Assembly (NCBI GenBank): GCA_001872265.1
Contig: MNWE01000046.1
Span: 1-43,201, forward strand
Reading direction: 5' to 3'
Source: Parcubacteria group bacterium CG1_02_39_15
GTDB taxonomy: Bacteria > Patescibacteriota > Minisyncoccia > Minisyncoccales > Paceibacteraceae
DNA length: 43,201 nt
Positions 27,095-34,483 of this stretch are shown here, one piece after another (position 1 is the first letter of the stretch; every line of letters begins with the position of its first letter). A model generated the notes under the pieces. That model was not told the DNA's origin, did no database searches, and worked only from the letters and a program-made list of their open reading frames with translations. The translations under genes were made by a program, and so were the position numbers.

Positions 27095-27547
27095 ATGGGG
27101 AAGAAACGCATAATTCAACAAACAGAAGAAGAGCTCTTGAAAGAAAGAGAGAAAGTGGAAGCTAGGGTAAAGAAAGAAATAAGAGCCGAAGCTCCTCACA
27201 AAATAAGAGAGGGGAGAATTTATATTTCTTCAAGCTATAACAATACCATCATTACTTTAACTGATGCCCAGGGAAACGCGATATTTTGGGCTTCAGCCGG
27301 CAACCTTGGTTTTAAGGGAACTAAAAAAGCCACTCCTTTTGCCGCTTCAAAAGTGGCCGAGGCTATGGCTGAGACTTGCAAAAAATTGGGCATTGAGAAA
27401 ATAGCTGTGTTTATAAAAGGAATTGGCTCGGGAAGGGAATCGGCTTTGAGGTCTTTAGTCGCCCGGGGATTAGAGGTTGTTTCTATTAAAGACATCACTC
27501 CTATTCCTCATAACGGTTGCCGACCTCCCAAGGTGCGCAGGGTTTAG
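27095..27547 (+). CDS. rpsK: 30S ribosomal protein S11 (N-terminal extension)
   Basis: YISSSYNNTIITLTD...GFKGTKKATPFAA...PHNGCRPPK. Confidence 0.96.
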   Translation: MGKKRIIQQTEEELLKEREKVEARVKKEIRAEAPHKIREGRIYISSSYNNTIITLTDAQGNAIFWASAGNLGFKGTKKATPFAASKVAEAMAETCKKLGIEKIAVFIKGIGSGRESALRSLVARGLEVVSIKDITPIPHNGCRPPKVRRV

Positions 27548-27572
27548 TAAAAACTATGGAAGATAAAAAGTC

Positions 27573-27596
27573 AAAGAGGACATCGTCCTCTTTTCC
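27573..27596 (+). terminator. Hairpin plus short T-tract, a weak intrinsic-terminator candidate after rpsK
   Basis: AAAGAGGAC-ATC-GTCCTCTTT followed by TCC. The T-tract lies mostly inside the stem. Confidence 0.3.
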
Positions 27597-27628
27597 ACCT
27601 TCACTTTTTTATATATAATTTATATTCA

Positions 27629-28261
27629 ATGAATAAAAGTTCGGTATGTAAAATTTGTCGGAGGCTTGGCACAAAACTATTTCTTAAAGGCGAGAGATGT
27701 TTTTCGCCAAAGTGTCCTATGATTCGGCGCCCCTATCCGCCAGGAAAAAAGGGAAAACGAAGACCACGCCCTCTGTCGGAATATGGCAAAGAGTTAAGAG
27801 AAAAACAAAAATTAAAAAATTGGTATAATTTGCAAGAGAAACAATTCGCGAATTATGTAAAGAAGATTTTAGCTAAAAAGAAAAAAGCAGAAGATCCGAC
27901 CGCCATCTTGATCAAGAGCTTGGAAAACCGTTTAGACAATGTAATCTTTAGGTTGGGATTTGCCGTTTCTCGCGAGCAAGCCAAGCAATTCGTGTCCCAC
28001 GGCCATTTTTTAGTTAACGGCAAATCTATTGATACGCCGGCCTATTCGGTTAGAAAGGGAGACGTGATTGCGGTAAAACCCCACAAGGCGAAGAAAACTG
28101 TTTTTCAAAATATAAAAACTATATTAAAAAAGCAAAAACCTCCCAGCTGGCTTGAGCTGAGCATTGAAAAATTAGAAGGCAAAGTAATTGGAGAACCCAG
28201 CTTGGAGGAAGCCGCACCGCCTGTCGAGGTGTCGGCCATCTTTGAGTATTATTCAAGATAA
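27629..28261 (+). CDS. rpsD: 30S ribosomal protein S4
   Basis: CKICRRLGTKLFLKGERC... with S4 RNA-binding domain SHGHFLVNGK. Confidence 0.96.
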   Translation: MNKSSVCKICRRLGTKLFLKGERCFSPKCPMIRRPYPPGKKGKRRPRPLSEYGKELREKQKLKNWYNLQEKQFANYVKKILAKKKKAEDPTAILIKSLENRLDNVIFRLGFAVSREQAKQFVSHGHFLVNGKSIDTPAYSVRKGDVIAVKPHKAKKTVFQNIKTILKKQKPPSWLELSIEKLEGKVIGEPSLEEAAPPVEVSAIFEYYSR

Positions 28262-28265
28262 AATC

Positions 28266-29075
28266 ATGATTTCACTACCCAATCAGCCAAAGGTCATTAA
28301 AAAAGAGGGGAATAAGGCCATTTTTGAAATAGAGGCTCTTTACCCGGGTTACGGAGTGACCGTTGGGAATTCCCTTAGGCGGGTTTTACTTTCTTCGTTG
28401 CCCGGAGCCGCTGCTACCCAGGTAAAAATTAAGGGCGTTCCTCATGAATTTTCAACCATCCCTGGGGTTTTAGAAGACGCCGTCTCGCTTATGCTTAATT
28501 TAAAACAAATGAGATTCCGTCTTTTTACTGAAGAGCCCCAAATCGCCACTTTAAAAGTTAAAGGCGAAAAAGAGATCAAAGGTTCTGATTTTAATTTTCC
28601 TAGCCAAGTGGAGCTGGTGAATAAAAATTGTCACATTGCCACTTTAACTGCCAAGTCAGCGGAATTGGAGATGGAAATTAAAATTGAAAAAGGAATAGGC
28701 TATTCGCCGAGTGAAGCTAGGAGAAAAGAAAAAGAAAAAACCGAAATAGGGGTAATACCTTTGGATGCCATTTTCACTCCAGTTAAGAGAGTAAGCACGA
28801 AGGTGGATAGCATGCGAGTAGGGGAGAGGACGGATTTTGACAAATTGTTTCTAGAGGTTGAAACCGACGGCGCCATAACTCCGGAATCGGCCTTTTGCCA
28901 AGCTTCAGAGATTTTAGTAAAGCACTTCTCGCTATTAGCTGAAGCCCTTCAAAAAGCCGCTGAAGAAAAACCGGCGCTGATGACGAAAGAAAAAAAGGAA
29001 AAAGTTATTAAGAAAAAAAAAGCAGTTAGAGCTAAAAAACATGCCAAAACGAAAAAGGGGAAGAAAACTAAGTAG
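28266..29075 (+). CDS. rpoA: DNA-directed RNA polymerase alpha subunit, N-terminal domain plus a lysine-rich tail, with no alpha-CTD
   Basis: GYGVTVGNSLRRVLLSSLPG and LDAIFTPVKRV. The protein ends in KKKKAVRAKKHAKTKKGKKTK. ATG 28266 is preferred over 28188. Confidence 0.9.
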   Translation: MISLPNQPKVIKKEGNKAIFEIEALYPGYGVTVGNSLRRVLLSSLPGAAATQVKIKGVPHEFSTIPGVLEDAVSLMLNLKQMRFRLFTEEPQIATLKVKGEKEIKGSDFNFPSQVELVNKNCHIATLTAKSAELEMEIKIEKGIGYSPSEARRKEKEKTEIGVIPLDAIFTPVKRVSTKVDSMRVGERTDFDKLFLEVETDGAITPESAFCQASEILVKHFSLLAEALQKAAEEKPALMTKEKKEKVIKKKKAVRAKKHAKTKKGKKTK

Positions 29076-29391
29076 GAAAAAAGATCAGAGGAAAGCTTTA
29101 TTGCGGTCCTTAGCTGGCAGTATTTTCTTAAAAGAAAAAATCAAAACTACCGAAGCCAAGGCCAAAGAAGTGGCTGTTTTTGCAGAGAAGCAAATTACTC
29201 GAGCAAAAAAAGGAGATTTGCATTCAAGAAGATTATTGGCTAAGCTTTTTCCGCCAAAATTAGTTAAAAAAATTGTTGATGAGATTGCCCCTAGATATAA
29301 AGAAAGAAAAGGCGGTTACACCAGGGTTATTAAGCTAGGGCCGAGAAGGTCAGATGGGGCAAAAATAGCCATCATAGAATTAATAAAATAA
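29041..29391 (+). CDS. rplQ: 50S ribosomal protein L17
   Basis: GRKLSRKKDQRKALLRSL...GGYTRVIKLGPRRSDGA. It overlaps rpoA by 35 nt. Confidence 0.95.
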   Translation: MPKRKRGRKLSRKKDQRKALLRSLAGSIFLKEKIKTTEAKAKEVAVFAEKQITRAKKGDLHSRRLLAKLFPPKLVKKIVDEIAPRYKERKGGYTRVIKLGPRRSDGAKIAIIELIK

Positions 29392-29517
29392 CAAATTACA
29401 AATTACAAATCCCAAACAAATTCTAAATTCTAAATTCCAAATTCCAAACCGTTTTGAATTTTGGTTATTGGAATTTGGATATTGTTTGGAATTTGGTGCT
29501 TGGTGCTCGGAATTTTT
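29392..29517. repeat. CCAAATT-family palindromic element, copy 7 (long form)
   Basis: It fills the rplQ-rplM spacer. The right arm matches copy 5. Confidence 0.9.
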
Positions 29518-29522
29518 AAACT

Positions 29523-29870
29523 ATGGAACGCAAAACACACACCATTGACGCAACAGGAAAGGTATTGGGCAGACTGGCAGCCGAAATCGCCACGCTTTTG
29601 AGGGGCAAGCACAAGCCAGATTTCGTTCCCTATAAAGACATGGGAGATTTTGTGGTGGTTAAAAATGTTGATAAATTAAAAATTACGGGCAAAAAGATGG
29701 AACAAAAAAAATATTTCCGCCACTCGGAATATCTAGGAGGAGTGAAAGAAATCCCTCTAAAAACTATTTTTAAAACAAAACCTCAAGAAGTTTTAAAGAA
29801 GGCAGTTTGGGGGATGTTGTCCAAAAATAAACTAAGAAAAGAGATGATTAAAAAATTAAAGTTTGAATAA
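29523..29870 (+). CDS. rplM: 50S ribosomal protein L13 (short)
   Basis: GKVLGRLAAEIATLLRGKHKPDF. Confidence 0.95.
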   Translation: MERKTHTIDATGKVLGRLAAEIATLLRGKHKPDFVPYKDMGDFVVVKNVDKLKITGKKMEQKKYFRHSEYLGGVKEIPLKTIFKTKPQEVLKKAVWGMLSKNKLRKEMIKKLKFE

Positions 29871-29872
29871 AA

Positions 29873-30376
29873 ATGGCAGAAAAAAAGAAAACCAAAACTA
29901 GACCAAAAAAAGGAGAGCCAAAGGTAAAAAAAGTAGCCAAAAAGAGAATCAAGAAGAAGCCCGCCCCGTCGGCTCTCAAAGAGGAAGAAAAATATCTTGA
30001 GGCAGTCGGCCGAAGGAAAACAGCAATAGCCAGGATCAGGCTTTTTACGAAAGGTGGCAAAACTTTTATAGTTAATGGAAAACCGATAGAGGGGTATTTT
30101 CCCACTTTCGCTCTTCAGCAAATTGCTAAATCTGCTTTAGACGCAATGAAGTGTCTTGATAAGTTTAGAATTTCAGCGAAGGTGACGGGAGGAGGCCTCA
30201 ACTCTCAAGCAGAGGCGGTGCGCCATGGAATAACCAGAGCTTTAGTGTTGTTCAACCCCGATTTTAGAAAAAGATTGAAGAAGGCCGGATTCTTGAAGCG
30301 TGATCCAAGAATGCGAGAAAGAAAGAAGTTTGGCTTAAAACGCGCCCGACGCGCTCCCCAGTGGGCGAAGAGATAA
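29873..30376 (+). CDS. rpsI: 30S ribosomal protein S9 (K-rich N-terminal extension)
   Basis: GRRKTAIARIRL...GGGLNSQAEAVRHGI...RRAPQWAKR. Confidence 0.96.
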   Translation: MAEKKKTKTRPKKGEPKVKKVAKKRIKKKPAPSALKEEEKYLEAVGRRKTAIARIRLFTKGGKTFIVNGKPIEGYFPTFALQQIAKSALDAMKCLDKFRISAKVTGGGLNSQAEAVRHGITRALVLFNPDFRKRLKKAGFLKRDPRMRERKKFGLKRARRAPQWAKR

Positions 30377-30478
30377 ATCTCTTCTTTACCCTTTGTTACG
30401 CTCGGGTGGGCGAAGAGATAAATCTCTTCTTTACCCTTTGTTACGCTCGGGTGGGCGAAGAGATAAATCTCTTCTTTA
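30361..30478 (+). repeat. 45-nt direct tandem repeat, about 2.6 copies, with a degenerate extra copy near 30498-30528
   Basis: The unit is GTGGGCGAAGAGATAAATCTCTTCTTTACCCTTTGTTACGCTCGG. Copy 1 contains the last codons and the stop of rpsI. Each unit carries the hairpin GAAGAGAT-AA-ATCTCTTC. Confidence 0.9.
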
Positions 30479-30527
30479 ACCTTCACTCGGCTTCGCCTCG
30501 CTCGGTGGGCGAAACGATAATCCGCTC

Positions 30528-30650
30528 GGGAAGATAATTTTTAGGACACGCTCTGCGCCCCAGCGAGGCGCAAGCTCAGTTCCTCGGCAAATTTCGCCTT
30601 CGGCGAACCGTGCAATTTGCCTGCGGATGGTCCATAAAAATTATTTCCCT
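30528..30650. repeat. About 120-nt long hairpin element
   Basis: The outer stem is GGGAAGATAATTTTTAGGA / TCCATAAAAATTATTTCCC. Inside are GGCAAAT...ATTTGCC enclosing UCGCC-UUCG-GGCGA, and GCGCC-CCAGCGA-GGCGC. Confidence 0.7.
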
Positions 30651-30666
30651 CGCTTCGTAGTAACTT

Positions 30667-31356
30667 ATGTTGAGAGAACTAATTGATAAATTTTATTTGG
30701 ACAGGCAAAAAGATAAAGAACAGGCCCATTTTTACATTACTGATGCCGGCAGGTGCGGCCGGGCAGTATTTTTTAAGTTCAAAAATGCGCCTCGGAGAGA
30801 AATAGAGCCTAACGTTTTGAGATTATTTGATCACGGCGACTACATTCACCAGTTGATAATGAAACCTCTTTTAAGTATAAGAGAAATTCATGTGGTAGCT
30901 TCGGAAATCAAAATCCCTCCTCAAGAATTAGTTAGCGGCCGGGCAGATGCCATAATCAGCGATGGAAAAGATTTGTATGTCTTGGACATTAAAAGCATGA
31001 ACAGCATGATTTTCAGAAACTTAACGGAAGCCAAAGAAGAAAATATTAACCAAGTTCAGCTTTATTTGCACTATTTTAAAATACCCAGAGGTATCCTTCT
31101 CTATGTTAATAAAGACAACCAGGAATTAAAGGAATTTGTGGTAAATTATGACAAAAAACGCGTCCTTTTACTTTTGGACGGTCTAAGTAAGTTAAAAAAC
31201 AAAATCGAAAAAAACATTATTCCAGACAGACTTGCGGATTATCCCGATAATTGGCAGTGCCAATATTGTCAATTTAAGGCGATTTGCGCCTTGGCCAATG
31301 GGGGGAAGCTTAAATGGGAGGATTTCAAAAAGAAAACTGAAAGTCAACCCCGTTAG
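30667..31356 (+). CDS. PD-(D/E)XK nuclease, Cas4-like, with an Fe-S cysteine cluster
   Basis: N-terminal Cys (DAGRCGR), the DIK motif (VLDIKS), QxxxY (QVQLYLHY) and C-terminal CQYCQFKAIC. Confidence 0.7.
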   Translation: MLRELIDKFYLDRQKDKEQAHFYITDAGRCGRAVFFKFKNAPRREIEPNVLRLFDHGDYIHQLIMKPLLSIREIHVVASEIKIPPQELVSGRADAIISDGKDLYVLDIKSMNSMIFRNLTEAKEENINQVQLYLHYFKIPRGILLYVNKDNQELKEFVVNYDKKRVLLLLDGLSKLKNKIEKNIIPDRLADYPDNWQCQYCQFKAICALANGGKLKWEDFKKKTESQPR

Positions 31357-31378
31357 AAATTTGTTTAAGAATAAAACA

Positions 31379-31444
31379 GCGACGGACGGTGGCCGAATAG
31401 GCCAGTCCTCCAAAAGAGGACAAACTATTCGTTTAGTCCGTCGC
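31379..31444. ncRNA. Candidate four-way-junction (cloverleaf-like) RNA, strand unresolved
   Basis: A closing stem GCGACGGAC / GTCCGTCGC encloses three hairpins: TGGCC-GAATA-GGCCA, GTCCTC-CAAAA-GAGGAC and AAAC-TATTC-GTTT. Confidence 0.25.
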
Positions 31445-31514
31445 CAGAGATTAACAAAATTATCCTAGAAATTTAAAACTAAACTAAGTTTGCAATAGCA
31501 AATTTCTAACGGGG

Positions 31515-32843
31515 TCAAAATAAAGCCGCCGAGGCATAAAGATTTTCGCTACTGAGAAGGTACAACTTTTTATTAAAGCTGTTCCAGAACATTTCCGGTT
31601 CCTTAAATTTTGTGAGGTCTATGATATTTATTTGGTCCCTATCGTCAGTTTCAGCAATCTTAATTGTATCTGTGGTATTAAAAATCAAATAGTCGGGATT
31701 TAGCCAAAAACAATCTTTTATTTTTTCTGAAAGCCGAGCTATTAATATTTTATCTCCGGCTTTTTTTTGTGGCGGGTCCAGTTTTTCTTGTAAAAACAAG
31801 ATCCAGATTTCGTGGTTTGAAAAGAGAACCAACTTATTTTTGTCAGAAGAGATTTTTAATCCTTTTATTCCGTCAAAATATCTTTCAAACGATTTTGAAT
31901 CAAGATTAAACCAGTACAAATCTTGATTCTCCCGTAAAAAGATAAAGTTTTGAAACTTTTTTATATCATAATCGGTTTCGGCCTTCACCGGAAAAGACGT
32001 TCGCGTCAACCTCTCTCCATCTTTAAAAAAGTTTCCCAAATTGTCTAAATAATAAGAATCTCCGTCAAAAGTTTGAGAAGTAACAATGTTTTCCGGGAGG
32101 AGGGCAGGATTCCCCTCTTCTTTTAGTGACGGAGGAGTTTTATCAATTTCTAAGGTAAAATACTTTAGCTCTTCTCTAGCCCCGCTAGTCGATGAAGTTT
32201 GCCTCTCCGAGTTTGCCTTCATCTCCACTCCTCGCTCCGTTCGAGTTTCTAAAGAGATTTTTTTAGGATTATCTGCAGAGAATTCCAGATTTAATAGATC
32301 GGCTCCTTTAGAAAAAATATCACCTTCAGCAATTAAGTGGCTTTTGATGTTCGTTTCTAAATCGTAAAGCTTCAGACTCCAACCTTGTCCCCCTTTTTCT
32401 TTTAGGACCAGCTCTTTTTTATTAAGAGAGAGCCAAAAATTTTCTACTCCCTTAGTTAAAACTGTAAAATTTAAATTCTGAGGAAATAGAATAATGTTTT
32501 TTACCTCGGTTACTTCTTTCTCTTTTACTTCCAGGCTTTTTTGCCACGACAGATACCCCTCCTTTTTTACCTCAATTTTGTATTTTCTCGGCAAAAGATT
32601 TTCTACTAAGGCCGAACCAAAGAAAAAATCAGTTTTCTTTTTCAATTTTTCGTCCAGATAAATCTCAGCCTGTTTAGGAATAACCTTAAGGAAAATTCCG
32701 CCAGTCTGGGTAATTTTTTTTCCGCCAGCTGGCGGATTCAAATCAAATCTATAACCCTGAGAGTAAAAGATGGTCAAGGGAGCAGCCAAAAGAAACAAAA
32801 ATAAACAAACCCAAAATATAACTGCCCTTACTTTTTTTACCAT
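31515..32843 (-). CDS. PEGA-domain membrane-anchored protein
   Basis: N-terminal TM helix, a PEGA-like segment (IYLDEKL...YKIEVKKEGYLSWQKSLEV) and a long beta-rich C-terminal part. Confidence 0.65.
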   Translation of the reverse strand: MVKKVRAVIFWVCLFLFLLAAPLTIFYSQGYRFDLNPPAGGKKITQTGGIFLKVIPKQAEIYLDEKLKKKTDFFFGSALVENLLPRKYKIEVKKEGYLSWQKSLEVKEKEVTEVKNIILFPQNLNFTVLTKGVENFWLSLNKKELVLKEKGGQGWSLKLYDLETNIKSHLIAEGDIFSKGADLLNLEFSADNPKKISLETRTERGVEMKANSERQTSSTSGAREELKYFTLEIDKTPPSLKEEGNPALLPENIVTSQTFDGDSYYLDNLGNFFKDGERLTRTSFPVKAETDYDIKKFQNFIFLRENQDLYWFNLDSKSFERYFDGIKGLKISSDKNKLVLFSNHEIWILFLQEKLDPPQKKAGDKILIARLSEKIKDCFWLNPDYLIFNTTDTIKIAETDDRDQINIIDLTKFKEPEMFWNSFNKKLYLLSSENLYASAALF

Positions 32844-32912
32844 GATTTTTCTATATTATCGTATTAGCCACATAATTTCAATAAACGAAAAAATCTGTTA
32901 GAATATTAAAGT

Positions 32913-34196
32913 ATGTTTGCTTTTCCGAAAATTGAAGAGGTGACTAAGGACACAACGGTTGTCCATTTTTTGCTAATGTTCGGCTACAAATTATTTTCTC
33001 TTTATTTCCCTTTGTTTCTAGTAACTCGAGGCTTGTCGCTTCCCGAAGTAGGCTACACCTATCTTTTAATTTATCTTCCTTTGGCAATTTTTTCTCCCGT
33101 TGTTGGCTTTCTAAACCATAAAATAAGCCCCGCCACAACATCTTCAATCGGAATTTTGGGCTATGCCCTCTATGCTTTAGGAATGATTTTTATCCCCGCT
33201 ACTCATCCTGCTGGAGCAGCTTTGTTTTATTTTTGGCAGATTATCCTGGGAATTTCGGCAGCCATGTTTTTTGTTTCAGCCAGGTCTATTTTAATAGCTG
33301 CTCCTTTGGAAAATTACGACCGGGCTTTTGGCTGGTTTTATTCTGCTCCCTTTTACGCCGATGCCATAGCTCCCTGTATTGGCGCCATTTTTATCTGGAA
33401 ATTCAACTTTTTTGGCGTTTTTGTTTTTAGCTTCATTGTCCAGGTTTTAACGGCTATTTTTTGTTTTTCTCAGCTCAAAAAACAAGAAATCAAACCTCTT
33501 GATAGATATTTTAATCTTCAGAAATTTCAGCAAAGCTACGCCAGCGCTTTCCAAAAAATAAAAAACAAAACAATTTTACTGCCGGTTCTTATTTCTTTCT
33601 CCGCTCTTTTATTAACTGGTTTCTACCGAGCCTTTTTTATTTTATTTTTGAAAGAATCTTTAAACTGGTCTCAAAATCTAATTCTAATTTTAATTTCTGC
33701 TTTTTCCCTTTTGTTTTTGCCCATATCCTTTCTATTAATTCGGCAATTGGGAGGTTTTAGAAGTGAAAAAAATATTTTTCAGGGAGGGTTGATTACTGGC
33801 CTCTTCTCTATTTTATTTGGAATTTTAATTCCGGTTCTGAATTTTTTGGCGGTTTTAATAATAGAAATCGGCAAATCGGCAGGTTCTTTAATCGCTAATG
33901 CCGGCAGGTCTGGATTAATTACCCGAGTGATAGCGAAGGGTGAAGATGAAACTTTAGTTTCATCGCCTTCTCAGAAATTAAAAGATGGCCCCGAGGAAGC
34001 TAGCGTTATAGATACCATCTTTGCTCCTTTGGGCGTGGCTTTGGGGGCTTTTATTTCCGGCTTGCTTATCGGATTTTTAGGTTACCAATTTTTGTTTATT
34101 TTAGCTGGAGTTTTTTTGATTGCCGTAATAGCCCTAACTCAACTTGCCCCGTTAGAAGTCCTTGGCAGAAAAATTAAAAAATTTTTTCTGCTTTAG
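32913..34196 (+). CDS. MFS-type transporter
   Basis: About 12 hydrophobic segments in two halves separated by a charged loop. Confidence 0.7.
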   Translation: MFAFPKIEEVTKDTTVVHFLLMFGYKLFSLYFPLFLVTRGLSLPEVGYTYLLIYLPLAIFSPVVGFLNHKISPATTSSIGILGYALYALGMIFIPATHPAGAALFYFWQIILGISAAMFFVSARSILIAAPLENYDRAFGWFYSAPFYADAIAPCIGAIFIWKFNFFGVFVFSFIVQVLTAIFCFSQLKKQEIKPLDRYFNLQKFQQSYASAFQKIKNKTILLPVLISFSALLLTGFYRAFFILFLKESLNWSQNLILILISAFSLLFLPISFLLIRQLGGFRSEKNIFQGGLITGLFSILFGILIPVLNFLAVLIIEIGKSAGSLIANAGRSGLITRVIAKGEDETLVSSPSQKLKDGPEEASVIDTIFAPLGVALGAFISGLLIGFLGYQFLFILAGVFLIAVIALTQLAPLEVLGRKIKKFFLL

Positions 34197-34483
34197 TCAA
34201 ACAAAATTATCAACAAAATATAATTGAGCTATCTAAAATTAACTGTTTTGGTTATATAAAAACAGACTTCTAACGGGGCTTGCCAACCCCCCAAAAACAT
34301 TTTAATATAAAAGAACAATATTACCACTATGCCCCGTTAGAAATCGCAAGGGTTTTCGGGGCAATAATTCAGTTCAAAATATTTTCTACCTAAAAACCCT
34401 TTGATCAATTCAAACAATGATTATCAAGACATTCAAAGGTCAAAACATAATAACCACTGAAAATATTTAATTTCTAACGGGGT

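Noticed and set aside
29783-30486. Minus-strand ORFs 29783-30121, 29848-30105 and 30205-30486 (the last with the internal repeat KEEIYLFAHPSVTKG).
   Set aside because: They lie opposite rplM and rpsI. The peptide repeat is simply the antisense translation of the 45-nt tandem DNA repeat.
30361-30528. CRISPR array suggested by regularly spaced 45-nt repeats.
   Set aside because: The units are directly adjacent with no spacers. Copy 1 includes the rpsI stop region. No cas genes are adjacent, and the nearby Cas4-like gene alone is insufficient.
31192-31468. ORFs 31232-31468 (+) and 31192-31413 (-) in the Cas4-like 3' end and spacer.
   Set aside because: They overlap the better-supported nuclease CDS and the structured or repeat spacer. 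They have no start context or recognisable domain.
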